A DNA stretch of 63,660 nucleotides, filler included, from Phoronis australis (taxonomy: Eukaryota > Animalia > Phoronida), in assembly GCA_002633005.1 (NCBI GenBank). It is 8 parts of 8 records of this genome, joined end to end, with 100 filler letters (N's around TTAATTAATTAA, not from the genome) between each part and the next. Parts side by side here need not be neighbours in the genome. Positions count along the whole stretch, not along the records: positions 3,512 to 26,230 come from NMRA01001208.1; positions 26,331 to 43,311 come from NMRA01001499.1; 6 more parts are not named here. The stretch is one strand, 5' to 3'. The position numbers and the translations under genes were made by a program. Every line of letters starts with the position of its first letter. Positions within the stretch are counted from its first letter, which is position 1. The notes under the pieces were generated by a model. That model ran no database searches and was not told the origin of the DNA. It saw only the letters and a list, made by a program, of their open reading frames with translations. Of this stretch, positions 25,938 through 38,242 are shown piece by piece.

Positions 25938-26230
25938 AGGCGAAGGCAACCTTTTTCCATGTCATTTTGAGCTAAAATAAGGTTGGTTGGTTATCCTAGA
26001 CATATTTTTCACTTAATTACAGCTTTTCGTAATTTCATTAGTTATTCGTCCGCTTTTCCGGAAGTGACGTTTTAGGAGGCAAGCGCTTCCCGCCAATTTC
26101 TTTTCACATAGTCTGACTGTGAGAGATGCCGAGTCAGTCATTGTTCTACCTCGGTTGTGTTAAGTTCCGTCGTCGTTCGCTTTCATTTACTAGTCAGTCA
26201 ACATGCCACACTGTTGCTGCGTACCGGGAT
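25938..26230 (+). mobile_element. Left end of a Kolobok-like transposon with the start of a THAP ORF, cut by the scaffold end
   Basis: TTAA (25934-25937) followed by AGG; ATG at 26203 gives MPHCCCVPG, a typical THAP start. Confidence 0.5.
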
Positions 26231-26330
26231 NNNNNNNNNNNNNNNNNNNNNNNNNNNNNNNNNNNNNNNNNNNNTTAATTAATTAANNNNNNNNNNNNNN
26301 NNNNNNNNNNNNNNNNNNNNNNNNNNNNNN
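26231..26330. other. Artificial scaffold linker
   Basis: N44-TTAATTAATTAA-N44. Confidence 0.97.
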
Positions 26331-26553
26331 TATCAGTCAATAGATATCACTAAAATACAATCAATTCATGAAGTCGAACCCTGCATGTGTTTGCGTTATT
26401 TTAATATCAATTATATAACGTTTTTGAGAAGTGTCTTATTAAACAAGGTCACATTGTACATCTTATTATTTACAAGTTGGTCACATACATGTAACAGCAG
26501 TTCTCAGCGACACTACACATTAACAGCACATGTAACAATGATTCAGTGCTAAC

Positions 26554-28637
26554 TTAGAATAAGTCACCTTGAAAGTTGGTTATAAGACAGCATACAGACC
26601 ATATTTGGTTTACAGAGCCAGTCAGTGCAAGTGGTATAACACGCTTAAATATGCCGAAGCATTTAACCCTACGGATTGCCCGCTCCACATGAACTCTAAG
26701 ACGAGCAATTGCTTGAGTTTCTGACACTTCACCAGCTTCAAACTGTGAACATTCTGATAAGAAGGCAGGGATAACAAGATTTACACCATGCTGCTCAAGT
26801 AAATCACCAATCAGAAATCCCTTGTCTACCATCACTGTGTCGCTAGTTTCCAATAACTCTAAAATGCCAGAGGCTTTGGTGATAGCTTTATCTGAAATCG
26901 AACCAGGGTAGAGCTTCGACACAAAGGAGACTGCCCCTGAAGGAGTGATTCCAACAAGGGCTTTAAGTGTAGCTCTACCCTTTAGTGCGAGTAAAACTGA
27001 GCTCAGCACCAAACTTGATGGTTTCTGCACCCATACCTCAGTGCAATCGAGTATTACCCTTGTTCTGCTGTACCTAGGAATAAACACATCGGGTATGTGC
27101 TTGTCCACTTGTGCTCTAGACGCCCAAAGTGGAAGGGAGCCCAAAAAGAAATATAAATAATTAACCCATGACAACACTATTCTTGACACAGTTTGCTTCG
27201 CTTACTTGGTAAATATCAGCAAGCTCCTTGTCACATTTACCAACTCTTAACCGCCTCAGTACAAGTGTGAACTGATCAATAAGAGATAAGTTCTGAGGGT
27301 AAAACCCAACTCGTGTTTGCTTTGACTCGCCAGTCAAGCGACACTGGTACTGAGTATACCTGACCATGTTTACAGCAGTAGGTTCAATAACCTGGAAGAA
27401 CAATAACAGAGTCTGATAGTCTTTGAAACCTGTGTAAAACATCACAGAACTGTTGTCTCCAGCTAGACTATTAACAATGTTTTACCCTCAGCAATCTCCA
27501 ACTTAGCCGTTAATCTAACAATCTCGTCTCGGGCAGCAGCAAGCATATCGTCCTTGGACTGGGGCTCAACAGCATAGTCATGGTCAGGAAGACTGCAGGA
27601 AGTGGCCAGTGAACCACTGTTGGTAGCTTCTTCCTCTAAAGACTCGTCACTTCGTGGTGAAAGTTCACAGGCTACTTGGTAAAAATCCAATGGCTCTGTA
27701 GCTGTGTCAACCTCAGTCTGAGTGCNTCCAAATAGGTCGCTTTTTGTCCCGAGTCAGTACCTGTCCTGTCTAACAAAAGTCCAGTGCCACTCCTCTCCTG
27801 GGCATCAAATAGTTGACATGGTTAAATCATGTGACTGGACCAGCTAAACCATTGTCACCTGCCCATAGTGACTTAACTGCTTAGTACCTGAACTTACCCA
27901 TTTTTAACGGATGGCGTTGATCGGCTGACAGGTTCTTTTCTTCTCCGAGTTTCTTTTGACCAGTCAAAGACAGAAGGAACAGCACCTGGTTTTAGTCGCT
28001 TCAATCTACTATAGCCATTAAACGTGTAGTCCTCGGCTCTAAAGTGTGACGAACACACCTTTGTGTTGGCAGTCAGCTGAAAAATGACAAGGTGAATGTG
28101 ATGAAATCTAGAAAAGAATTAATGTAAATTTCTTAATTAGTTGCTTGTAGATCACAAACTTAATATTGTGTTTTCAAAGATATAAGTTGGTCAACAAACT
28201 GTAGTCTACAGTTAACCTGAACGTTCCCTGCCCTCTGACCTGGCTTGAAAGCAGCCGAGGCAGTAATTCAGCGACTGGTATGCCGAACGCAATAACTAAT
28301 ATCGATCGATTTTTGGTAACAACTATCGAACAAGACAAAGCCAGAGACTGAATCTTATTCGATACAAGGAAGTGAAACAGCTCAAAATAGTAATCTCGTG
28401 CTATTTTACCGAACTACGATTTACGCGGGAATGTCCCGGTCAGGCTGGGACCTCCGTCGCGAGCACGATTGTTAACGTCCTAATAATAACATTACTCATT
28501 TTGAAATTTTTTCCGATGTCCCGTTTTATGCTCCTGAGCCATTCCTTTCGTAGATTTCCCTCTTTTGGAAAAGTGTGGAAGGTTAGCGATGAGTTATTAC
28601 TCAAATTAATACACACAGGCACTGCACAGTACACCAT
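26554..28637 (-). mobile_element. ISL2EU (PIF/Harbinger-related) transposase pseudogene: spliced THAP + HTH + DDE_Tnp_4
   Basis: THAP split over exons 28500-28637 (MVYCAVPVC..FHTFP..W) and 27898-28076 (VCSSHF..LKPGAVPSVF); then DHDY, FYTGF and an HTH region (LSLIDQF.LVL.RLR.G); catalytic motifs DCTE, DKGF, HVERAIRRVK. Contains a stop and frameshifts. Confidence 0.85.
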
Positions 28638-28917
28638 GGCCAGCTGATGATCACTCACGAGGTTTTCTCAGTGTGCCTCGTTTTCGATCAGTATTTAAAG
28701 ATGGCGCGGGAAGATGGCGCTTTTGTGAAATAGGTGAATAAATACATAGTTACATTATTCATTTTGTCTGCATACACTTCAAAATGAGAGTAGCTTTGTT
28801 TATGCTTATGTTTATTTTCAGGTGGCAGTAAAAGATGTGTGTTACCAAGTCATTGCTTCAAATAAAAATAGTACTAATTGCAATTTATCATTCTGCACAA
28901 TTTGCGTTAAACTTACC

Positions 28918-29788
28918 TTTTTGCCACATATCTTCATGTGATGCTGGGCATACATGTGACGTGCTTGATCCTCATGGCTCCAGTATGTACGCGGATATTT
29001 CCCTTGCAGATCAGACCCTTGTAGAACAGTAAACAAAACCAAGTGAATAGTTCCTTTACTGTTACATCATGCCATTTCATTTTATGTTTTTCGGGTGCAC
29101 TCTGTCTTTCATGATTGTCATATAAGTTTGTCTGATCAACGATCAACTTGACTAAAGGGTCAGGAAAAAACAGTCTGAAGAGCCCACCGGGTGTTGCCGA
29201 GGTGAGTGCTTCCTGTCCACCTATATGATCTATGGCATGTTGCTTCAAACCAGGTGTGCTTTTAAATCTCATGTTGGCATCGTTTCTTGAATTCACAGAA
29301 GCACTCCAACCACCAGTTTCCGGTTGTTGTACCCCAAGAGCATCCAGGAAATGTGCAGGCACAGCGATCTCAGGGGCATCCTCTAAACTGTTTGGGTCAA
29401 CCTCCAAACTCATTTCAGTGTCACTTTCTGATCTAGCGAGAGGAATATCCTCATCAGAGTCAGAATCACTCTCAATATCACTGTTTTCCAATAAATCTAG
29501 AACAGTATCCACTTTGAGTTTCCTCTCTCTTACTCCAGCCATCTTATAACCAAAATATCAACACTTCTCTCAAAAAAATCCGACAAATTCAACAACAGGC
29601 CACTTTCAATAAAGAAAAACACTAATTGTATGTCATTAATCTGTTTGTACACATGTGTGAAAAATGTTTATTTTTAGCTGTCACAAGGTGGCAGAAACTG
29701 TTTGGGAACTTTAACACTCATGTGTGTTTACGGGCACTTAGGGTGATTGAAACTTTCACTCAAATATGCGTGTACCGGCGCTCTAGGA
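28918..29788 (-). mobile_element. 5' portion of a piggyBac element (PGBD4-like transposase N-terminus, ORF 28934..29542)
   Basis: Acidic N-terminus then TP..LF.LFF...LV..IV.QTNLY and W.DVT..EL..W..L; frameshift near YW; candidate terminus abuts TTAA at 29789-29792. Confidence 0.8.
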
Positions 29789-29792
29789 TTAA

Positions 29793-30520
29793 CTATGTCT
29801 CAGAGGTGATCTTGCAGGTTTCCGGCAACCTCTAACGAAGATCAAGCACATCTTCGTAAGTGCCGCGCACCTCTTCTTCAACTGCCCCACCTGCCCATAA
29901 TTCGCGCAAAATTGTCATGGGACCTCTGACAGCCCTCCCATACAGGACTTAAAACGGAAAAAACCCGCCTAAGCCATCTATGGGAGATTCCCTATAAGCA
30001 AATAACAAGGGCTCATTGAACCTATCCCACTGGCGGGGTTGTTGACCTACCATACGTTTTAGCATTTGCTTTAAGGTTCCATTGTACTTCTCACACAACC
30101 CGTTGGTTTGTGCGTGATACGTTGAGGTTGTCACAATCCCTTTCGAGAGTAGTCTGTGAACTTCTTTCATAATATCCGAATTGAATTGAGTGCCTTTGTC
30201 ACTCAAATTTGATGAGGAATTCCCACATCGCTAAGCATTTTAAGTAATGCCTCTGCCACAGTAATTGTGTCAATGTTTGACAAGGCAATTGCTTTTGGGA
30301 TCTAGTTGCCATATCAACTGGTCAATATGTATTTGTGACCCGGTGTTCTCGGTGGTTGTAGTGGATCAAATTAAGTCCACATCAATCCGGTAAAATAGTT
30401 CTTGCATTTTACCTAAGGGTGCCTTACAGGCCCTTCGGAATTGTCCTCTGGCACACATCACAGGACTTGCAAAATCTATGTCATGGTGCATACCATGCCA
30501 ATGAAAATTATTCGGTGATG
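29793..30520 (-). mobile_element. Decayed Ty3/Gypsy integrase region
   Basis: GHKYI, ATR.P.AIALSNIDTITVAEALL, SDKGTQF.S, YHAQTNGLCEKYNGTLKQML, LLFAYRE.P, LYGR.VRGPM.ILRELW; frameshifts and stops. Confidence 0.88.
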
Positions 30521-30698
30521 CCTGGCTATTGGGATGCTATAATAAGCGTCAGACAAATCTAAGCTGATAAAGTAACAATNACTGTTGGCCTGTCAAGAGA
30601 CAATGCAAGAGTATTAGTAGCAGATTGACAAACATGTCCACTATGAGCTGCAGCCCGCATAAAATTTGGTGCATTCGACAGTACAAAGGAATGCTTAC

Positions 30699-31341
30699 CT
30701 AAAAAAGGGCGATAGCCGTGTTGCGGCTGGCGCTGATAGGCCCGTCTGTAGGAGGCAGGGTAGGGCGACGGCCGGCGTGTTGAGTGTCTCGCAGTCATGG
30801 GAGTCCGGGCGAGATTAAGGGCCTGAGAGGCCTGCTTGCACTTCTCTCCCAACTGGTCTCCAAACAGGAGCTTGTCTGAGGTACTGGCCTTGTTGAGTGC
30901 CGAATGGTACTTTGAGTTGAGATGGGGCTTGATAATGTCCCGTCTAGTGGAGTTGATCTTTGCGCTAGCATACCCCAGGAGACCTAGCGCGTCTACAGTG
31001 TTATCCACCAAGTCCTTGGCGTTTAGATGTTTGGGAGCTGTGGTGATAAGAGTGTCAACCAATTTAGTCAGGGGAATGTCCGCCCTGGCTATTGCCGACT
31101 GTGCAGACTTCAACTGGCCCTCTTTGAATTTCACAGTTTTGTGGTTTTGCACCACGTCCGCAATTTCCTCATTCAAGTCCGTCTTGTGGACTGTAATGTT
31201 GTCGGGCCGGGGATGGTTATCATGTGCCTGCTTTATATCGAAGGCCTTACCCCGCTCCCATAGGAAGTTGACAAGGGACGCAACAGCGTCCGATACTGGC
31301 GGCGCGTGTTCCTCGGATTGGTCCGCCAAATGGGAAGCCAA
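30699..31341 (-). mobile_element. DIRS-type retrotransposon gag-like ORF1 fragment
   Basis: PRPDN..LNEEI, DAL.LLG.AS..IN..RRD.IKP.LN.KY and LLFGD.L, then an R/P/Y-rich tail ending PFLG; no RT or recombinase seen. Confidence 0.65.
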
Positions 31342-32478
31342 AAGACATTGAGAGAGTTCTTGGTTGACTGTATTTAGTGCATGTAGCTAACAAACATAGG
31401 AATAGTGTCCAAATTCATGAAAGTATAAACTTCTCCCTCTATGACCCCTTTGTCTCTACTGATAGCAAGAGTTGGCAAACCAATTGTTTGTCTTTCTCAT
31501 TGTCTGTGTTTATCCGATAACCTCACATAATCTAGCAATTATTGTAAACAGGGCATCTGTCACTAACTGATATTTAAAAATACTACTTCCAAAACAAAGT
31601 TCAACAAATGTCATGAGGAAGATTTTGTTTAATAAATACTATCACCAAAAACCTTCAAATGGAGAAAAATGGTCGAATTTCAGAGAAATAAGGCTCAATT
31701 TTCACCTGCAGATTGGCGAACCACTATCCCCTTACTACCACAGCATTGTGTGCCGACACAATAGTTTGTCTAGTTGATTTTAGATCAGAAAATAATGTTG
31801 GAAATATAAGCAAATATATATTCCAGTACGTAAATTGGGAAAACTAATTGCGTAAAGACATAAAAAACTATAGTGAAGGGCACGTCATAAATATTAGACT
31901 ATTTACAATAAAGTTGAAGGGACACAAGTTCGTCAAAAGAAAATAAAGCTACAACATTAGAGACTAGGCATATCATAACTTCAAAATCTTATAAGTCTCA
32001 ATAATTCAAGCTAGGTTTCTCGAACGAGAACTTCTAAGATCCTTAAATGTGACAAGTCACTATCAAAATACAAAATAGAAGTTCTTTCTACTATTTGAGT
32101 ACAAGTTTATAAACGGTGAGCTTGAAGAAAATAGTCCTTGATGGGGTTGCAAATGAAAATTTAACCTCCATGTCATGGATCAAGTACTAGTGAGACCGGC
32201 ACATCCTGATTTGCCATGAGTGGGATGTATACAAGCATCTGCAGATATCCAAAACTACAAATCACGCTGTACCTTGGTATTGATCTGCATCACTAGGTTT
32301 AAAGTTCTTCTAAACATGATCTATATAATGAATTTAAGTTTACAATTTAGAGGTTTTAAATTTTTCATTAATGATTTTACTCCGAAAATGTTCATCTTTA
32401 CATATTGTGTCTTGAATTGAGATCTTACTGTATTCTCAATGGAAAATAAAAATCAAATCAGAGATGGACAATGCTCAC

Positions 32479-32647
32479 CGGTAGGCGTTGCTCATCTAAT
32501 GGTGGTGGGCAGTGTTCTGGCTCAGTAGGGTGACAGTTATTCATCAATCTCACAGGCTGACGGTCGATAAGAGTCGGTGCGGGGTCGGAAGGTGGGGGAG
32601 GTGCATCTGTCGTGGTCGGTCGAAGAGGGCAGCATCCAGAAAAGAAG
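32479..32647 (-). CDS. Putative exon 2 of an unknown small Pro-rich protein (FFSGCCPLRPTTTDAPPPPSDPAP...CPPPLDEQRLP)
   Basis: GC-rich open island with TTTTCCATAG acceptor and GTGAG donor; phase 2 matches the exon at 35724-35770. Confidence 0.55.
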
Positions 32648-33666
32648 CTATGGAAAATAAATAAAGTTCATCCATTAACTCCAAATTCACAGAGGGGTAC
32701 CTTTAGCCATTTTGCTCATGACGGCGTTTTTTCGTTCAGTGACTTGACCAGATGTAGAGGGTTGTGAGCATGTAATAACATCTAGCTTCTTTCAATTAAC
32801 TGCCAAACACAGTCTTTTGTCTGGTATGACAACAGGCAGGCCAATTATCTACCAGGATTATTACAGACCATGTGTGAACATGTAGTGAAACCCAAAGCGA
32901 GTTGGTATATGTTCGGAAAGAATAGATTATCTCCATTCTGACATTTATGTGCATGGAGGGCACGCTCTCTTTTGTTCAATAATTGCTCTAATCTCCAATA
33001 AGATCGTATCTACCCTGACTGGGTTGTGCTGTTAAAAATAAAAGTTATAAGACATTTGAGCATAAACCAATAGCATTTCTGAAATCTTCGTCAAATGGTG
33101 ATTGCGTTTAGTTTTTGAATCGCCAAAATCGCCTAACTGCGAGCAACCGAAGTTACGACAATCTATTAATTCTTTCCGAATACACCAATTCACTCTGAGT
33201 TTCACAGTGGTCTGTAATAAGCCTGATAGAAAATTGGCCTTCTTGTTGTCGCAATAGACAAAAGACTGTGCTTGGCAGTTAACAAAGAAGCTAGATGTTA
33301 TCACACGCTCAGAACCCCTATACGTCTGGTAAAGTCACTGAATGGGAAAACGCTGTCACGTTACAGTACAGGGTACGTAATGCATTTCGCAACTATAAAA
33401 TGCTTCTTTGAAGTTATCAGTTGAGATTACAGGCATTTACTTGCACACCACTTGGACTCATTATGACACTATAATTGTTTTGTTTGGAGATGTAGCACAT
33501 TAACTAAAATACTATGAATTAAAATCATTTAATTTACCATGCAAATGACTTCACATCATTTCCAAGACCTATACTACAATTAACATGAACTTGATGTAAA
33601 CTTTGATGTCTCTCTCACAAGACCATAATGAAAGTGATGTCTATATAATGTGCCTTTACAAATGTC

Positions 33667-33769
33667 AAATAACATTATCAAATAACATTACCAAATAACA
33701 TAACCAAATAACATTACCAAATAACCATACCAAATAACATAACCAAATAACATTACCAAATAACATTAC
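33667..33769. repeat. 12-13-bp tandem repeat (AAATAACATTACC)n
   Basis: About 8 copies seen directly. Confidence 0.9.
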
Positions 33770-34933
33770 AGAACTACTTCTTATTCCCACCAAATACTGT
33801 ATTCTCCTCTGTCTCGAAATCAGTTTTAATTTTATTTTTAAACACTGCAGGTACTTAGTAATTTACCCTAGACTCATACAAACAGTTCAATTCATACAAA
33901 ATGCGAAGGAAAATGGCGGACTGTGACCGATTTTTAGCCTTGCCAAATATCTTTGCAAACCAACTCTATAGTATCATTAGCGTCAGCAAGGTCGAGTACA
34001 TAAGTTATCTGGGACCCGCTGCGGCAGTTTATGAGCTAGGCATTTACATCGCTTAAAAAATCATAAAAATGGCCAACCGAGGGGCTACGTGTTGCCTATT
34101 TATGAGCTTGACATCGCGATAGCCGAAAAAGACATCCATAGCTGAAATGCCAACAGGTTCTACGAAAAATGCACACTGATAATTCACCACACACGAACAT
34201 ATCGCTATGAAGCACCGAATTGTCTGTACAACCGACCACAAACTATAACATTCCACACTTACAGCTCTTCCATCAGACATGCCGGTTTGTTTACGTAAAA
34301 GCGCTACCTGTTGATAATTCGACCACCCAATCAGAACCGCCGATGAAATAATGCGAAAAAGCGAACATAGGGCAGAGAAAACTATGAAAACAAAAAACGG
34401 CACTCGGAGATGTTTAGGGTTGCTGGTCATGTTTCAGTGAAGTAAATGATGTCCGCGGCATGATCATAGAGATTTTACTGCCAGACAGCATGCAACTAAC
34501 ATGATATATTTAAAAATGTTTGTCCGCTTAAGATTTTGCTCCACGTCAGTGGCCCTTTTTCGACGTATTGGAAATCATAATAGAAATCTGTTATCAGTGA
34601 CTTTACTTCGTTGAATTAATTCTTGTTTTTATCGTTTCCGCTACAAAAAGTTTGAGCAGGGCTTCATCATGTTTTTTGCATTTTTGCCTAAAAGTGCATT
34701 AAATTCGTATTTGTAGCAAGAATGGGGTTCAACAATCGATATGTCTCGTTTACACTTTTGTCATTAAGGATTATTTAAACCTCTAGGATGCTGTATCTCT
34801 CCAACGATAATAATTAGTATTCTAGACATGGTTTTCAATAAATTTCCTCAATGGTTTCCAAAATGTTGGTTCACGGTTTGCTTGTAATGAAACCCTATGT
34901 TGGGCATCTGGTCTGACATAATTGAAGGGTCTG

Positions 34934-35009
34934 CATGGGCGGCGCAGCACTGAAAAAAGTTAGGGCAATAAAGCCCCCCCTCCCATTCCCCTATGGTGCG
35001 CCACCCATG
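34934..35009. mobile_element. 76-bp mini-MITE with 13-bp imperfect TIRs
   Basis: CATGGGCGGCGCA ... TGCGCCACCCATG; no clear TSD. Confidence 0.45.
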
Positions 35010-35723
35010 GTCTTTAATATCTTTTTACAAAAAAACGATTGAAGCGATTGAAAGTACATTTCAGATAAATGAAATACGTCCCATGAAGAATTTCACAAAA
35101 GCTCCTTCATATGAAGGCGACGTAACCTTTTTTAAATAAATCAACACTTTAAAATAACACTACGTTTAAACATAATTAAAGTGCATGAGGATATTTTGAA
35201 CGTTTTTTGAGGGCAGTTGGTTAATGCAATTAAGATACTTACTGAAAACAAATTGAAATCATTCGCAGTATCAAAAAATGTAACCTACTGCCAATTTGTA
35301 GGACCTCAATTAAATATTTTGAAAGAGAACTATCGTTTCAACTACACAGCGATAACTAACAATGTCGCAAACATTTAGCTGCCAGTGTTGAATTGCGATT
35401 CCGAAGCGTTCGGGGTTCAAAAATGTCATCCGATCTTGAATTGTTGCCGAATGAGTTGACAACATAACTTAATAATGGTGAGAAATACCGCGAATTTATA
35501 AAAAGAACATGAAGAGTCCACATGCAACCACATCCTGGCCCAACTTTTTATTTCTTTGCTCATCTAAATAGACAAATGTTCAACTGGTCACACTCTAAAC
35601 ACCCGTCTTTCACCGAATTGCGATCTGACCAGCTTAAGGCCAGCATGCCTCTTTAGTGTTTGCCTGATAACAGTTTCTAAAAAAACGTCAACTTAACATC
35701 TGTAGTAAAATCAGTGTACTTAC

Positions 35724-35770
35724 TCGGTGATGGATCCGCAGAAGCTGTTCAGGTAATCTATGAATGGCAT
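35724..35770 (-). CDS. Putative first coding exon of the unknown small protein (MPFIDYLNSFCGSITD)
   Basis: ATG at 35770, GA|GTAAGT donor; candidate acceptor CAG at 35820-35822. Confidence 0.5.
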
Positions 35771-35820
35771 TCTCACTAGTTCTTCAGGCACTCCACACAC
35801 AATATATTTATAAATCTCGC

Positions 35821-35831
35821 TGTAGTAGTAA

Positions 35832-35865
<34 letters not shown>
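35821..35865. repeat. (TAG/CTA)n microsatellite
   Basis: Direct observation; produces poly-Y and poly-T spurious ORFs. Confidence 0.92.
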
Positions 35866-35866
<1 letters not shown>

Positions 35867-38194
35867 ATGATTGGTATATAGCAGTAGTAATCGCAGTAGT
35901 AATATATCGCACGTCTCTCTTGTCTCAATAGCAGTGGTTTTCTGGTTCGAATATTTGAATATTTGGCGGGAAATACAAAAGTCACGTGACAAGAGACTTA
36001 GCGCACCTACCCCCCGTTGTTCTATTAGATGCACTCAATGGTCACGTGCTGCCAAACTCAGTTAGGCCACTTCCACCATAGTTACCTGTTGTCAAGTCCC
36101 CCTGAGTGCAAACCAAATATGGAGTTAGGTTCTCAGCATGCGTATCACAGGAGAAGGAGGGGGGTGGAGGGGGAGTACAACAAAGAGGGGAAACGTTGGG
36201 TACGGGAAGAAAATGGTGGGCAAAGAAGTTCATTTAAATCGTCAAATATTTCAGGTGTGAAACTTTTGAACAAAAATGTGTCATAAGGACTCGCCGTCGG
36301 TGATAAATTTGCTCTAAAAAGCTTTAACTGAGGATTTTCTTAGCATTATTAACTGGCATCCCACGAGGTCGACTGTAGGGTCATCGCTTCAGATCTTGAA
36401 AAATATGTGCGTTCATACATCCTGGTGAGATATGTTCAAATGTTTTTTTTTCAAATTATCCGGGACAGTATTTTTTAAGTTGGAGTGTCGTCAATATATA
36501 CCATCTCTCATTTTACAATCCTTGACTACGGACAGTCGACAGAGTGTAACTCGGGAACTCCATCAAGGGGCTACATTAGTTTTTGCAAATATATTTCTGT
36601 GGTTATAACAACGGCTGACGTCATATGAATTTTTTCATGTTTTGATTACTGCTGGCCCCTGTGGTTGCGCTTTCTATATTTTGATTTCTTTGGTGAAATT
36701 CCGTACATTTGGTCAAATAGTTTCTATATCAAGGAAACAGTGGCACATGCACGTTTTCGAATGATTCTAACCTGTGCTGTCCCACCACACATCTAAGTTG
36801 TGCACAAGATTAGATAACTCGTGGGATTATGTATTGTTAAATATTGTTTGCGGTAAGACATGAATTTAGATCCTAACTAATAACTTCGGTGTTGGGTTTT
36901 AATTAAATTCGTTTACATTGAGTGAATAAATATTGTTTAACATTGTTTTCTGACATAAACCACCTTAATTCTAGTTTTTGTGTTTTGTTTAGTAATTAAT
37001 TTAAGGTTTCAAATCTTCTCAGTGGCTCCCTGCATGGCGGTACTTACATAGATAGCGTTTACGGGATGCACAACTCCGATAGGTTTGTATTTATAAACAT
37101 TTCACCCTTATCAGTTCAAGATTCATAACATGGGTTTGTTTTCCCGTAAATCGATGAACTGCACAGAAACAGTAAATAAAATGTACTCCCAAAACCTTCC
37201 AATTCATTTATTACACTCTGCGTAAGATAGTCATTCAATGCTTGACAACTTTATATCATCAAAGTACTTTTGTCTTTCAAAATTAAAACCGACTGCGGTA
37301 TATGTAATAAGCATCACCAAAAGTCCAGGCTTTCACAGATGGCGACTGTATTTGAGTGTTTTAAGGCACGCACAGTTACAAAGTGCAGGTTACGACGTAC
37401 TTTCTTTGCAATATTTGTCGAAACATACAAAACGCAATTTGTACTATGAGCTTTTAAGCTCATAGTACAAAAGATTCTGTGTTATTAAAATAACACAGAA
37501 TCTTTTGGTTTGAATGAGCAGTCTCTCTTGCTCATAAAACCCACGACCGTGTTGTCTGTTTTATGGACAGAAAGAACATAATTAGCAAATTATGATCCAC
37601 AAAAGAAACGAGGATTGTGAGAGAATATTCTTCTAAAGTTGTTGGTAGAACTCAATTCTTCAATATCCAAGAGTTTAAACCCCATAAAATACAAGTTATT
37701 AGAAATGAATAAAAACCGAGATCATGTCAAGACCAGCAAAAGCAGTTTTTCCTGTGTGTTATGCGTGATTTCGTCATTATTGCTTTCGGAACACAGTTTC
37801 TTGGAAATGAAGTTACACATTTTCTGAAAAACGCCACCGGTATAAAGTTGCTTTTTGATGTATTTTAATGACTCTAAGGGTCATTTTGTCAATATTGAAA
37901 ATAACCCCAGGTCGTTTCTAACGGTGGAAAAGTGTCTAATGGGGACATTTTTTCAATGCTAAGTGACTGTTTTGAAACATATGCATCGGCTATTGGCGAG
38001 AAAAGGTTAACACAGATAATACTCTACCCTTTTCAATTCCTTTATAAGGAGGGTCTCACTCAGGGGCAAATGATTTCCAATTTCTTCTTTTTTCCCATCT
38101 TATACCATTATTTTGAATTTATTTATGCAAAAACGTTTATTTCAATTAAAATGTACAACACAAAAAGGTATCTATCACACATGCCTATTTATTT

Positions 38195-38242
38195 GTGGCC
38201 TGGAAAATTTCCCCTTTTTGTCATTGGTCATTCCAAGCCCTG
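38195..38242 (-). mobile_element. Terminus of a hAT-like non-autonomous family (same family as 61421)
   Basis: Reverse complement CAGGGCTTGGAATGACCAATGACAAA matches CAGGGCTTGGAATGACCGATGACAAA at 61421. Confidence 0.55.

Noticed and set aside
30836-31351. 171-aa plus-strand ORF
   Set aside because: Antisense shadow of the GC-rich DIRS gag-like ORF.
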